64,000 bases of DNA from an uncultured delta proteobacterium. GTDB lineage: Bacteria; Myxococcota_A; Polyangia; Haliangiales; Haliangiaceae. Positions 51,169-63,267 of this stretch are shown here, one piece after another. Numbering within the stretch: position 1 is the first letter of the stretch; each line of letters begins with the position of its first letter. A model generated the notes under the pieces. It made no database searches and was not told the origin of the DNA. It worked only from the letters and a program-made list of their open reading frames with translations. Location: positions 576,001 to 640,000 of the forward strand of contig CAVUQH010000003.1 in NCBI GenBank assembly GCA_963743525.1, given 5' to 3'. The position numbers were made by a program, and so were the translations under genes.

Positions 51169-52658
51169 ATGACCGCGGCCGCGCAGCTGTTCGACGCCCT
51201 CGGCGCCGCCACCACCGGGATCCGCACGGACGCCACGCGGATTGCCGGCCCGGCCCTGCTCGACCGGGCGCGCCGCTACGCAACCGGCCTGCGTGGGCTC
51301 GGCATCGCGCCCGGCGATCGCGTCGCCGCGCTGGCTCATCCGTCGGTCAACCTGGTCGTCGCCAACCTCGGCTGCTACATCGCCGGCGCCGTCCACGTGC
51401 CGATCAACACCCGCTACCGCGGTGCCGAGATCGCGCACATCCTGACCGACAGCGGCGCCCGCGCCATCGCCGCCGACGCCGCCGGCAGCGAGACCCTGGC
51501 CGCCGTGGACGCGGCCGCCGGCTTGCCGCGCATCGGCCTCGACGGCGCCGACGGCGATCGCCGCGCCGATGACGACGCCGCACCGCTGCCGCTGCCGTCG
51601 CCATCGGACCGCGCGCCGGCGCTGCTGATCTACACCTCCGGCACCACCGGCAAGAGCAAGGGGTCGAGCTGTCGTTCGCCGCCGTGGTCGGCAACATGGA
51701 CGCGCTCACCCGCGCATGGGGCTGGACCGCGGGCGAGACGCTATCGCTGATGCTGCCGCTGTTCCACGTCCACGGCCTGTGCATCGGCGTCCACGGCGGC
51801 ATCTTGCGCGGCGTCAACATCCTTTTGCACCGCGGCTTCTCCGCGCCGGCGCTGGTCGCCGATGTCCGCGATCGCGGCGCGACCATCTTCATGGGTGTGC
51901 CGACGATGTATCGGTTCCTACTCGAGCACCTCGACGCGCATCCCGGCGACGCAACGGCGCTGGCCCGGGCGCGGCTGTTCACCTCGGGCAGCGCGCCGCT
52001 GCCGGCCGACGATTTCGATCGCTTTCGCCAGCTGACCGGCCACGCCATCCTCGAGCGCTACGGCATGAGCGAGACGCTCATCACCCTGTCGAACCCGCTC
52101 GACGGCGAGCGCCGCCCCGGCTCGGTCGGGCTGCCGGTGCCCGGCTGCGAGCTGCGCATCGTCGGCGAAGACGGCGCTCCGTGCCCGCCGGAGACCCCCG
52201 GCGAGCTGCAGGTCCGCGGCATCTCGCTGATGACCGGCTACTTCGGCAACCCCGAGGCGACCGCCCGCGAGTACGACGGCGACTGGTTCCGCACCGGCGA
52301 CGTCGCCGCCGCCGACCCCGACGGCTACGTGCGCATCCTCGGCCGCACCTCGGCCGACATCATCAAGAGCGGCGGCTTCAAGATCGCCGCGCGCGAGATC
52401 GAAGAAGTGATCGCGCGTCACCCGGCGGTGCGCGAAGTCGCGGTCTACGGCGCCCCGGATGCGACCTGGGGACAGACCGTCGCCGCCGCGATCGTTCCCG
52501 CCGCCGGCACCAATCCGGATGCCGACGCGCTGCTGGCCGAGCTGGCGGCGCTGGTCAGCGAAGAGCTGGCCGACTACAAGAAGCCGCGCCGCCTGCAGCT
52601 CCTTCCCGAGCTGCCGCGCAACGCCCTGGGCAAGCTGCAGAAACACCGTCTCGGCTGA
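51169..52658 (+). CDS. Acyl-CoA synthetase (MatB/malonyl-CoA synthetase-like); frameshift in G-run near 51660
   Basis: [49 protein letters not shown]. Confidence 0.92.
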
Positions 52659-52755
52659 AGGTGCGCGCGTGTGCGCGCGATCCGCGACGGAGCAGGCTGC
52701 TTCGCCGCGGCGCAGGCAGGTGCGGGCCGACCGCGCGGTTTCGCGGGCTTCGCCG

Positions 52756-52772
52756 CCGGCACGACGCCTGCA
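52756..52772 (+). promoter_or_regulatory. sigma54 promoter for the MBL hydrolase-activator pair
   Basis: CCGGCACGACGCCTGCA = GG-N10-GC with consensus GGCACG. Confidence 0.65.
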
Positions 52773-52806
52773 CTACCAGCGGTCGACCATGCAGAAAGGC
52801 CTGCCG

Positions 52807-53645
52807 ATGACCAACTTCACCCTTCAGTTTCACGGCGTCCGCGGTTCGATGGCGAGCCCGGGTGTCGACACCGCCGCCGTCGGCGGCAACACCAGCTGCG
52901 TCGAGCTGACCTGTGGCGACAGCCGCATCGTGCTCGACGCCGGCACCGGCCTGCGCCGACTGGGCGACGAGCTGGTGGCCGCCGGCCCGTCGGAGACGAC
53001 GATCCTGCTCAGCCACGTGCACTGGGATCACATCCAGGGGCTGCCGTTCTTCACGCCGGTCTATGTTCCCGGCCACCGCGTCGAGGTGCTGAGCGGTCCC
53101 AACGGGGTGATGCCGCTGGAGGCGGTGCTGCGCCGGCAGATGTCGCCGCCGTGCTTTCCGGTGGCGTTCGACGACATCTCGTCGCAAGTGAGCGCGCGCG
53201 ACCTGGCCGCGGCCGAGCGATTCACCATCGGTGGCGCGCAGGTGACCATGCGCCGGCTCAACCACCCGGACCCGGTGTACGGCTACCGCATCAACTACCG
53301 CGGCAACTCGGTGGTGTACGCCACCGACACCGAGCACTTCGCGTGCGTCAACCCGACCTTGCGCCAGCTGGCGGCCGGCGCCGACGTGCTGATCTACGAC
53401 GCGCAGTACACGCCCGAGGAGTATCCGTCGCGGCTGGGCTGGGGCCACTCGACCTTCGAGGCGGCCGCCGAGCTGGCGCGCGCGGCCGGGGTCGGCACCC
53501 TGGTGCTGTTCCACCACGATCCCAAGCGCAGCGACGCCGACGTCGCCGCGCTGGAGCTGCGGGCGCGCGAGCGGTTTGCCAGTACGATGGCCGCCCGTGA
53601 GGGGCAGCGCCTGGAGATCGCGGCGGGCTCGCTCGCCGAGGCGGC

Positions 53646-53649
<4 letters not shown>
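52807..53649 (+). CDS. Metallo-beta-lactamase-fold hydrolase (phosphodiesterase-like); alternative start 52789
   Basis: [45 protein letters not shown]. Confidence 0.9.
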
Positions 53650-55174
<1,525 letters not shown>

Positions 55175-55178
<4 letters not shown>

Positions 55179-56518
55179 CCAAAGACCCGGCGGATGAAGT
55201 CGTTCTCGAACAGACCGTAGGGATCGAGGTCGCGGCGAATGGCGTCGAAACGATCGAACATCGGGTAGGCGTCGCGCAGCTCGTCGCGGGTGGACAGGAA
55301 CTCCTTGCCCCAGTGCGGGCGTCCGCCCATCGGCAGACACATCTCCTCGATGCCGCGGAAGTACGGCTCGCACGACGGGCAGTCGCCGATGTAGGCGCCG
55401 AGCTGGCACGAGTCGCGGCCGGACGCGCCCGACAGCATGGTGTCGTCGGCGGCGACGAAGCGGACCTCGACGATGAAGTTGACGTACAGCCGCTCGCGGT
55501 CGATCAGCTCGGCCAGCCCGGCCAGGGCATCGGCGGCGCGCTCGCGCGGGACGCCGAACTCGGCCTCGCGGTGAACCGGCGGCATGGTCAGGTTGAACAC
55601 CCGATCGCTGCGGGCGACTCGGCTGCCGGGGCTGAAGTAGGCCTTCGCGATCAGCTTGTTGATCGCCGGGGTCATCGCCGGTCGCCGCGCCGACAGCGAC
55701 AGCATGCCTGCGAACGCGCGCTCGTTGAGGAACGTGTCGACCGCCGCCGGCAGATCGATCGCCCGTCCGGTGCTCAGGTGAAGGGCGCCCTCGGCCACGC
55801 GCACGAGCGCGCCGGGCTCGTCGGGTGGCTCGCCGGTGCGGTCGAGGGTCGATATGCGCACGGCGCGGGTGTGCGGCAACCACCACAACTTGACGTGCTC
55901 GCCGCCGCGGGCGATCTCGTCCATTCGCGCCAGCGCGTCGTCGAGGTCGACGACGGTGACCCGTTCGCGCAGGTTGAACGCCGGCTCGCACTGCAGGGTC
56001 ACCCGGGTGACGACGCCGAGGGCGCCCAGGTGCACGCGGGCGGCCGACAGCATCTCGGCGTCGTCTTCGCCGATGTCCAGCGGCTCGCCGCTGGCGCGGA
56101 TCAGACGCAGCGACAGCACCCCGGTCGAGATGCAGCCGAAGCCGACGCCGCTGCCGTGAGTGCCGGTGGCGATGGCGCCGGCGGCGCTCTGTTGCGAGAT
56201 CGATCCGAGCACCGGCAGCGCCAGGCCGTGGGTGGCCAGGGCGTCGTTGAGTTGGTAGAGGCGAATCCCTGCCTCGACGGTGACCCGGGCTCGCTCCCGG
56301 TCAACCTCGAGGACGCGGTTCATGTTGTCGAGGCTGAGCAAATGACCGTCGGTGACCGCCGCGTCCGACCAGGAGTGGCCGCCGCCGATCACCTTGACCG
56401 TGTGACCGCGGGTGGCCGCCGCGCGAACGATTCCCGCCACCTCCTCTTCGTTGCTCGGGCGGTGGACGGCGTAGGGGCGGAAGCGGTGGACGCGGGACCA
56501 GTTCCTCTGCTCGTACAT
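55175..56518 (-). CDS. FAD-linked sugar-1,4-lactone oxidase (ALO/GULO family)
   Basis: [40 protein letters not shown]. Confidence 0.92.
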
Positions 56519-56598
56519 GCTGCTCCGGGACCGCCGGCCTGGCCGATCGGTGGGGCCAGCGTAACGCATCTCCGTGCTAGCATGCGTGCGCTGGGGGC

Positions 56599-58683
56599 AT
56601 GCGAAATCGCTGGTATCACCGGGCGACGTTGCACGTCGGGGGCGACGGGGTCGAGAAACGAGCGACCTGGCTGGAGCTGTTCTACGACCTGATCTTCGTC
56701 GCTGCGTTCATTCAGCTCGGCGAAGGCCTGGCGGGCCACGTGTCGTGGGACGGCTTCGCCCTGTTCGGCGGCGTCTTCGCCTGTCTGTGGATCGCGTGGA
56801 CCGGCTTCACGTTCTTCGTCAACCGCTTCACGGTCGACGATCTGGTCCACCGGCTGGCGGCGTTCGTGCAGATGTTCTCGGTCGGCGCCATGGCGGTGAC
56901 CGCGCACCAGGTGCTGGAAGGCAACCGCACGCCGTTCGCCCTGTCGTTCGCCGTCGCCCAGGTGATGGTCGGGCTGTTCTATCTGCGCGCCTGGCGGCAG
57001 GTGCCGGAAGGGCGGGCGTACGCCGCCTACTGGGGGCTGGTGTTCCTCGGCGCCGGCGGCTTGTGGGCGGCGTCGGTGCTGGTGCCGGGCGGCAACGGCC
57101 ACATCCTGTGGCCGATCGGCGTCCTGGTGGTGCTGGCGTCGCCGCTGAGCAAGCGCTCGCGCCAGCTGGAGCACGAATATCCGATCGATCAGGAACACCT
57201 GTCCGAGCGCTACGGCCTGCTGACGCTGATCGTCCTCGGCGAGTCGTTCGTCAAGGTGCTGTCGTCACTGCGCGCCGGCGACACCGAGTGGCAGGCGATC
57301 CTGCAGATGAGCACCTCGCTGCTGATCACCTGCTGCATCTGGTGGATCTACTTCGACGACGTCGCCGGCTCGCGGGTCAAGAAGCAGCGGCTTGCCGGCA
57401 CCATCTGGTTGTACGCGCACCTGCCGCTGCAGATCGCGGTCACCGGCGTCGGCGTGGCGATCAAGAGCGCGGTCCACTTCGATCTGTCGGTGCCGGCGCC
57501 GGAGGGCTATCGCTGGCTGCTGGCGGGCACCCTGGGCTTGACCATGCTCAGCGTCGCCGTGATCGACTCGGTCACCGAGCGCCGCCAGGCCGAGCTGTCG
57601 GACCGGGCGCGGGTCAATGTGCGCAGCGCGTCAGCAGTCCTGATGTTGCTGCTGGCGCCGGCCGGCGGCGGCATGTCCGCGCTGACGTTCATGATCCTGG
57701 TGACCACGGTCTGCGTCTCCCAGGTGGTGTTCGATCTGATGATGGCCCCGCTCGAGGCGATGCCGACCAAGGTCGAGATGGTCACCACCTCGGAGCTGGC
57801 ACGCCGCCGCGCCGCCGGTGACCTGACCGCGATCCGCTCGCGCCGCGCGGTGAGCGACGCCGTGCGCAAGGGCGCGCCGGCCGAGCTTCGCCGTGACTTC
57901 TACTTCTGGTTCATCGAGGGCAGCTGGAAGCGCTTCTTCCTCGCGCTGCTGTTCCTCTACGTCACCTCCAACGTCTTCTTTGCCGGCCTGTACATGCTCG
58001 AGCCCGGCTGCATCCACGGCGCCCGCCTCGACTCGTTCCCCGACGCCTTCTTCTTCAGCGTGCAGACGCTGTCGACCATCGGCTACGGCGCCATGTCGCC
58101 GGCGTCGACCTACGGCAACTTCGTGGTCACTGCCGAGGCGGCCATCGGTCTGGCTGGCGTGGCCCTGGCGACCGGCTTGCTGCTGGCCAAGGTCAGCCGG
58201 CCGCGGTCGAGCGCCCTGTTCAGCAACGTGATGGTGGTCACCAGCCGCAACGGCGTTCCGCATCTGGTCTTCCGGGTCGGCAACGCCCGCGGCAACGAGG
58301 TGGTCGACGCCACCTGCACGCTCACGCTGTTGCGCGACGAGTTCACCGAGGAGGGGGAGCACATGCGCCGCCTCCACGACCTGGCCCTGGTTCGCGCGCG
58401 CCAGCCGATGTTCATCCTCGGCTGGACGGTGATGCACGCCCTGGACGAGAACAGCCCGCTACGCGGCGTCGATTTTTCCGACCGGGAGAACGCGTCGCTG
58501 TCGATCATCGTGACCATCCTCGGCCACGACGGCACCTACGGCCAGACCGTCTACGCCCGCCACATCTACTACGCCGACGACATCCGCATGGGCCACCGCT
58601 TCGTCGACGTGGTCAGCCAGCTCACCGACGGTCGCACCCTGGTCGACTATGAGCGCTGGCACGACACCGAGCCGCTGGCGTAA
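56599..58683 (+). CDS. LtrA-family membrane protein fused to an inward-rectifier (KirBac-type) K+ channel
   Basis: ATWLELFYDLIFV, HLSERYGLLTLIVLGES, WWIYFD (LtrA); FFFSVQTLSTIGYG, FRVGNARGN, WTVMH..DENSPL, GHRFVDV (Kir); one uninterrupted ORF. Confidence 0.9.
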   Translation: MRNRWYHRATLHVGGDGVEKRATWLELFYDLIFVAAFIQLGEGLAGHVSWDGFALFGGVFACLWIAWTGFTFFVNRFTVDDLVHRLAAFVQMFSVGAMAVTAHQVLEGNRTPFALSFAVAQVMVGLFYLRAWRQVPEGRAYAAYWGLVFLGAGGLWAASVLVPGGNGHILWPIGVLVVLASPLSKRSRQLEHEYPIDQEHLSERYGLLTLIVLGESFVKVLSSLRAGDTEWQAILQMSTSLLITCCIWWIYFDDVAGSRVKKQRLAGTIWLYAHLPLQIAVTGVGVAIKSAVHFDLSVPAPEGYRWLLAGTLGLTMLSVAVIDSVTERRQAELSDRARVNVRSASAVLMLLLAPAGGGMSALTFMILVTTVCVSQVVFDLMMAPLEAMPTKVEMVTTSELARRRAAGDLTAIRSRRAVSDAVRKGAPAELRRDFYFWFIEGSWKRFFLALLFLYVTSNVFFAGLYMLEPGCIHGARLDSFPDAFFFSVQTLSTIGYGAMSPASTYGNFVVTAEAAIGLAGVALATGLLLAKVSRPRSSALFSNVMVVTSRNGVPHLVFRVGNARGNEVVDATCTLTLLRDEFTEEGEHMRRLHDLALVRARQPMFILGWTVMHALDENSPLRGVDFSDRENASLSIIVTILGHDGTYGQTVYARHIYYADDIRMGHRFVDVVSQLTDGRTLVDYERWHDTEPLA

Positions 58684-58695
58684 CATGGTGGTTCG

Positions 58696-59493
58696 ATGCG
58701 CGCCGCGCTGCTCGTGACCACCCTCGTCCTGGCCCCTGCCTGCGCGACCAGCTCGGCCGGCCCGGACGCCTCGGCCTCGACCGGGGACGCCGGCGGCGGC
58801 GGGGACGGGGCACCGGGGGACACCGACGCCGCGCACAGCGCCGATGCGTCCCCGGCCGATGCCTCGATCGGTCCGGACGCCTGCGTGACCGGGACCGTCA
58901 ACAGCTGCGCCAGCTGTGGCGACGTCTGCCCCGGCGTCGGCGTGCTCAACGGCGCGCCGGCGTGCGAGTCGATGACCTGCCTCTTCCGCTGCGCCGGAGA
59001 GAGCTACGACGTCAACGGCGACCTCGGCACCGGCTGCGAGCAGAGCGACGCGCCGACCGGCAACCACAGCTCGGGCGGCGCCGTCGACCTGGGCAGCCTG
59101 CCGTGCGACGACGGCTCGAGCAATCCCAACATCAGCGGCGTCATGGTCAGCGACGCACGCGAGCACGCGCCGTCGATCCTCGGCTTCAACACCACCACCG
59201 GCTCGGCGCCGGACTTCTACACCATCTACGCCGACGGCGGCACGTTCTGCCAGGACGACATCAACATCACCCTGGCGGTGAGTGGGTCGTCCAGCCCGAC
59301 CTGCTACAAGCTGACCGCCGATACCAGCAAGGGGCCGTACATCTGTCAGACCGGCAGCGGCGGCAGCTGCAGCATCAGCAAGGGATCGGGCTCGTACAAC
59401 GACAACACCACGATCCTGATCAAGGTCGAGAAGACCTGCCCCGCCGCCAGCGTGCGCGAGCGGGTGACCTATTCCGTGACCGGCCACCTGTGA
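58696..59493 (+). CDS. Cys-rich lipoprotein
   Basis: LAPAC lipobox, DA-rich linker, CASCGDVC, DVNGDLGTGCE. Confidence 0.75.
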   Translation: MRAALLVTTLVLAPACATSSAGPDASASTGDAGGGGDGAPGDTDAAHSADASPADASIGPDACVTGTVNSCASCGDVCPGVGVLNGAPACESMTCLFRCAGESYDVNGDLGTGCEQSDAPTGNHSSGGAVDLGSLPCDDGSSNPNISGVMVSDAREHAPSILGFNTTTGSAPDFYTIYADGGTFCQDDINITLAVSGSSSPTCYKLTADTSKGPYICQTGSGGSCSISKGSGSYNDNTTILIKVEKTCPAASVRERVTYSVTGHL

Positions 59494-60280
59494 GCAGCAG
59501 CGCGGCCAGCGCCAGGGCCATCCAGCCCGAGGCGCCGCCGCCGGACGCGCAGCCGCCCGCCGGGTGATCGGCGATGAACGGATCGATGAAGGTGGCGACG
59601 TGGGCGTCGACCCGCTCGTCGAGCGACAGCGTGCTGCAGGCGCCGCGCGAGTGCACGCCGGTCAGCTCGAGGCCGGCGCCGTCGTCGTACAGCGTCGCTC
59701 CGCCCGAGTCGCCGGGACAGACCGAGGCCGGGACCGGGCCGCCGTTGATCGCCAGCTGCTTGTCGGCATAGCCGACCAGCCGCGACAGGCCGGCCCGGCG
59801 AATCCCGGCGTCGTCGCTGCCGTAGTTGGTCAGGCCGAAGCCGACCAGGGTCACTGGATTGCCCACGTCGGCGTCGCTGATCGGGCGCCCGCGCATCGGG
59901 ATCGGCGCCACCGGCGCGTCGCGCTCGAGGGCGACCAGGCCGATGTCGTTGTCGTTGTCGTAGAACGCCCAGCCGGGATAGCCGAGCAGCTCGGTGGCCG
60001 CGATTCGCCGCCCGCCGCGGGCCAGGTCGTCGCCGAAGAAGACCTCGACCCGACCGGTGATGGTGTACGCGGCGGCGATGCAGTGGGCGGCTGTGACCAC
60101 CACCCGCGGCGCGACCACGGTGCCGCTGCAGAACGGCGCGCCGTCGATCAGCAGCAGGACGACCGCGTCGAGCTCCGGCGCCGGCTCGCCCGCCGAGATC
60201 GCCTCGCTGGTGCGGCCGACGTCCGGATCGGCGCAGCCGGCCAGGGCGATCGCGAGCAGGACGAAGAGGGGCAGCCGCAC
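59420..60280 (-). CDS. Trypsin-like S1 serine protease with MYXO-CTERM-like anchor
   Basis: CSGT, VTAAHC, DIGLV, CPGDSGG; C-terminal GGCA...WMALALAALLL plus basic tail. Confidence 0.9.
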   Translation of the reverse strand: MRLPLFVLLAIALAGCADPDVGRTSEAISAGEPAPELDAVVLLLIDGAPFCSGTVVAPRVVVTAAHCIAAAYTITGRVEVFFGDDLARGGRRIAATELLGYPGWAFYDNDNDIGLVALERDAPVAPIPMRGRPISDADVGNPVTLVGFGLTNYGSDDAGIRRAGLSRLVGYADKQLAINGGPVPASVCPGDSGGATLYDDGAGLELTGVHSRGACSTLSLDERVDAHVATFIDPFIADHPAGGCASGGGASGWMALALAALLLTGGRSRNRSPARARWRRGRSSRP

Positions 60281-60299
60281 CCCCCGATGATACCCGCGC

Positions 60300-61145
60300 T
60301 CAGCCGCCGGACGGCGCGTCCGTCGCCGCCGGAGTGCCCGCCGTGTGCGTCGGCGCTGTTTCGTCCGGTTCTTCGCCGGGCGGGAAGATGTTGACGATGC
60401 GCCACGGCGCCATGTCGAGGTGGAAATGATCCTGGTGGCCGGGCTCGGCCGGGCCGAGCATCACGCGGAACAGCCCCGGCTCGTCGATGAGCCGCTGCGC
60501 CAGCGTGTGCAGGAACTTGCTGTGTACGGCGCCGACGCCGCGGGTTGCGCCCCAGTGCTTCTGCACGCGCACCTGAAAGGCGCGCCGCAGCCGCGCCGGC
60601 ACTCCGGGCGCCTTCTTCCTGGAGATCCAGGCGAAGTCGAACCCCTCCACGTCGAGCGCGTTGCCCAGCCCGTGCTCGCTGACGAAGGTCGGCCACAGGC
60701 GAATGCGCCGGCAGTAGAACGAGCCCAGATGTTTGATCCGCTTCGGCGCCCGGCCGTAGAACTCGATCGACGTGTCGCGCACGATCTCCTCGAAGCGACG
60801 CAGGTGCTCCTCGAATCCGACGTAGATGTGCAGCGGCTTGTGATAGCGGATCACCGAGCCGCGGTACCGCTCCAGCTCGACCTCGGGACAGTGGATCCGG
60901 CCGCGCGCCGGTACCTCCCGCGACACCATGTCGAGGCCGTAGGTCGGCGCCGGCGGCGGCTCCGGCGCGACGGGGGCCTCCACCTCGCCGGGCGGCATCA
61001 TCAGCTTCTTCTCGGGCGGGGCCGCCGGCTCGGTCGCTGCCGGCGCCGCGACCACGGGCGCCTCGGTCACCGGTGCCGGCTCCACCGGCGCGGATCCGCA
61101 CGCTCCCAACAACACTGCGCACACACCAATGGCCCCGGGTCGCAC
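60300..61145 (-). CDS. Extensin-like C-terminal family lipoprotein
   Basis: LLGAC lipobox; HLGSFYCRR, SEHGLGNALDV.GF, LGP....HQDHFHLD. Confidence 0.82.
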   Translation of the reverse strand: MRPGAIGVCAVLLGACGSAPVEPAPVTEAPVVAAPAATEPAAPPEKKLMMPPGEVEAPVAPEPPPAPTYGLDMVSREVPARGRIHCPEVELERYRGSVIRYHKPLHIYVGFEEHLRRFEEIVRDTSIEFYGRAPKRIKHLGSFYCRRIRLWPTFVSEHGLGNALDVEGFDFAWISRKKAPGVPARLRRAFQVRVQKHWGATRGVGAVHSKFLHTLAQRLIDEPGLFRVMLGPAEPGHQDHFHLDMAPWRIVNIFPPGEEPDETAPTHTAGTPAATDAPSGG

Positions 61146-61300
61146 CTACCTATCAACGCCCCGGGCCAGGCTTTCGATCCACGAAAACCACGAGATCCGG
61201 ATCAGCCCGGACACCCACAAGCGTCCATCCACGGGGACACGCACGTGGGTCGCAACCATCCGAAACCAATTGGTTTCTCAGCGCAAATGACCAATCCGGA

Positions 61301-61801
61301 TCAGCCGCCGTCGAGGTGGAGGTCGAGCAGCTGGACGTCGAGGATCTGGCCGAGCTTCTCGCCGACCCGGCGCATGGTCGCGAACTGATTGAAGCCGACC
61401 GCCCGGTGGAGGGCCATGCTCGGCCCCTCGGCCGGGCCGGCAACGCGGGCGAGCAGGACCCCGAGCCCGGCGGCGCGCCCCCGCTCGATCAGCGCCTCGA
61501 GCAGCGCCCGCCCAACCCCGCGCCCCCGGTGATCGGCGTGGACGTAGACCGACACCTCGGCTGCCCGCGCGTACGCGCACCGCGGTGACCACGGCGACGA
61601 GCACGCCCAGCCGATCACCGCGCCGTCATCGTCGGCGACCACCGCCGGGTGGCGGGCGGTCGCGTGCGCGGCAAGCCACGCCCGCCGCGCTTCCATGGTC
61701 ATCGGATCGGTGTCGAAGGTGGCGATGCTCTCGTGCACCTCGCGGTTGTAGATCTCGTTGATCGCTTCGAGATCGTCCGGCGCGGCGCCACGGATTCGCA
61801 T
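61301..61801 (-). CDS. GNAT acetyltransferase (YncA/Pat family)
   Basis: IYNREV...ATFD, EVSVYV...RGRGVG, SMALH...GF, VGEKLG..LDV. Confidence 0.9.
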   Translation of the reverse strand: MRIRGAAPDDLEAINEIYNREVHESIATFDTDPMTMEARRAWLAAHATARHPAVVADDDGAVIGWACSSPWSPRCAYARAAEVSVYVHADHRGRGVGRALLEALIERGRAAGLGVLLARVAGPAEGPSMALHRAVGFNQFATMRRVGEKLGQILDVQLLDLHLDGG

Positions 61802-61803
61802 CG

Positions 61804-62448
61804 CTAGTACGGGCGGCCGCCGGTGTTGCCGCCGGGCGAGTAGTCGCAGACGATGGTGCTGCCGTAGGTCAGCCCGGGGCAGTTCGACAGCCCACAGCCG
61901 AGTCGCTCCGTCGCGGCCCACACCAGCTGGGTGTAGTGGCCGCACACCTTGCCCGTGGCGCAGGTGTTGCTGGCGTAGTCGTAGTTGGCTTGTTCGGACG
62001 CCCACAGCGACACCGCGCCCTGCGGGGTGGCCGAACCGCCGGAGCCGTAGATGTTCTCGCCGACGTAGCCGGGGTAGGTGTCGCTGCGGCCGGCGTTGTG
62101 ATCGACCAGGCCGATCGGCGCCTGGACATCGACGCACTGATCGGCCCACCCTTGCGCGACCGCCGCCAGGTCCGGATCCCAGGTCAGCGGCGCGACGCCG
62201 ACCATCGCCCGCACCTGGTTGTGCAGCGCGGTGATTCCGCTCAGCCCCGCCGGCTCGTCGTTGCGCGCGTCGATCAGCGCCACCGGCGCGTCGGCGCCCC
62301 CACCGATCGGCGCGTCGGCGCCGGGCGCGGCCGCGTCGCCGTTGCCGCCGCTCCCGCCGTCGGTGCCCGGCACGTTGCTGGGGCCGACGTCGCAGGCCGG
62401 CGCGACGAGCAGCAGGACGATCGGCAGGATGCGCACGAGCAAAATCAT
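61804..62448 (-). CDS. CAP/SCP-domain lipoprotein
   Basis: HNQVRA, LTWD..LA..AQ.WA, GENI, CGHYTQLVW, VCDYSPGGN. Confidence 0.92.
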   Translation of the reverse strand: MILLVRILPIVLLLVAPACDVGPSNVPGTDGGSGGNGDAAAPGADAPIGGGADAPVALIDARNDEPAGLSGITALHNQVRAMVGVAPLTWDPDLAAVAQGWADQCVDVQAPIGLVDHNAGRSDTYPGYVGENIYGSGGSATPQGAVSLWASEQANYDYASNTCATGKVCGHYTQLVWAATERLGCGLSNCPGLTYGSTIVCDYSPGGNTGGRPY

Positions 62449-62517
62449 CTCTCAGCCCCGGCTGCGCTTCAATCCGGTGGGTGTTCGACCTACTCGCACC
62501 GACGCTATACTCGGCCG

Positions 62518-63267
62518 ATGTTCCACCGGCTGCTCGCGGGAATCGCCGGCCTCACCGCCCTCGCGGTTGCGGCGTGGGGCGTCGTGTCGAGCATGTCCGG
62601 TCTGCCGCGCTTCTCGCCGCGCAGCGGCTTCATCTCCGAGCTGGCGGTGCCGTGGAACCCACACGCCGGGCGGCTCAACGAGAGCTTCGTCGCCGGCGGC
62701 GTGCTCATCGTCCTGTTCGCCGCTGCGTCAACCACACGCGCCCGCTCGCGGCGCGGTCGGTTGGCCGGTCTGCTCACCGCCGCCGCCGGCATGGGCGTCT
62801 TGTTCGTCGGTGTCTTTCCCCTGACGTCGCCGTGGCTGCATCTCATCGGCGCGCTGGCAGCGGGCCTGTGCGCGCTGGTCGCCGGCGTCGTCGGTGCGTC
62901 GGCGGCCCGTCGCGCCGCGCGCGCAACTCGCGACAACCCGCTGCTCGGCATCGGTTCCGCGCTGGCGCTGGCGCTGGGGTTGCTCGCGGTCGCCTCCGCG
63001 CTCGGCGCCGTCGGCTACACCGCGTGGGTCGGCGCCGGCGTCGGCGCTCATTCACTGGATGCGCTGTTCCGCGCCCTGCCGCGCGCGCTGCGCGTCGACT
63101 GGCACGGCCACGTCTACAATCCGGTGGCGGTGCTCGAGTGGATCTTCTTCGCCGTGCTCGGTCTCGAGCTCGGCGGCTTTGCCGTGGCCGAGCTGTCCGG
63201 CCTCGCCGATCGCGCGCGCGGCGAGCGTCCGCCCGCCGCCACCGACGCGGTCAGCGAACCGGCCTAG
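62518..63267 (+). CDS. DUF998-like membrane protein
   Basis: FISELA, VGVFP...LHLIGA, LEW; several TM helices. Confidence 0.7.
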   Translation: MFHRLLAGIAGLTALAVAAWGVVSSMSGLPRFSPRSGFISELAVPWNPHAGRLNESFVAGGVLIVLFAAASTTRARSRRGRLAGLLTAAAGMGVLFVGVFPLTSPWLHLIGALAAGLCALVAGVVGASAARRAARATRDNPLLGIGSALALALGLLAVASALGAVGYTAWVGAGVGAHSLDALFRALPRALRVDWHGHVYNPVAVLEWIFFAVLGLELGGFAVAELSGLADRARGERPPAATDAVSEPA

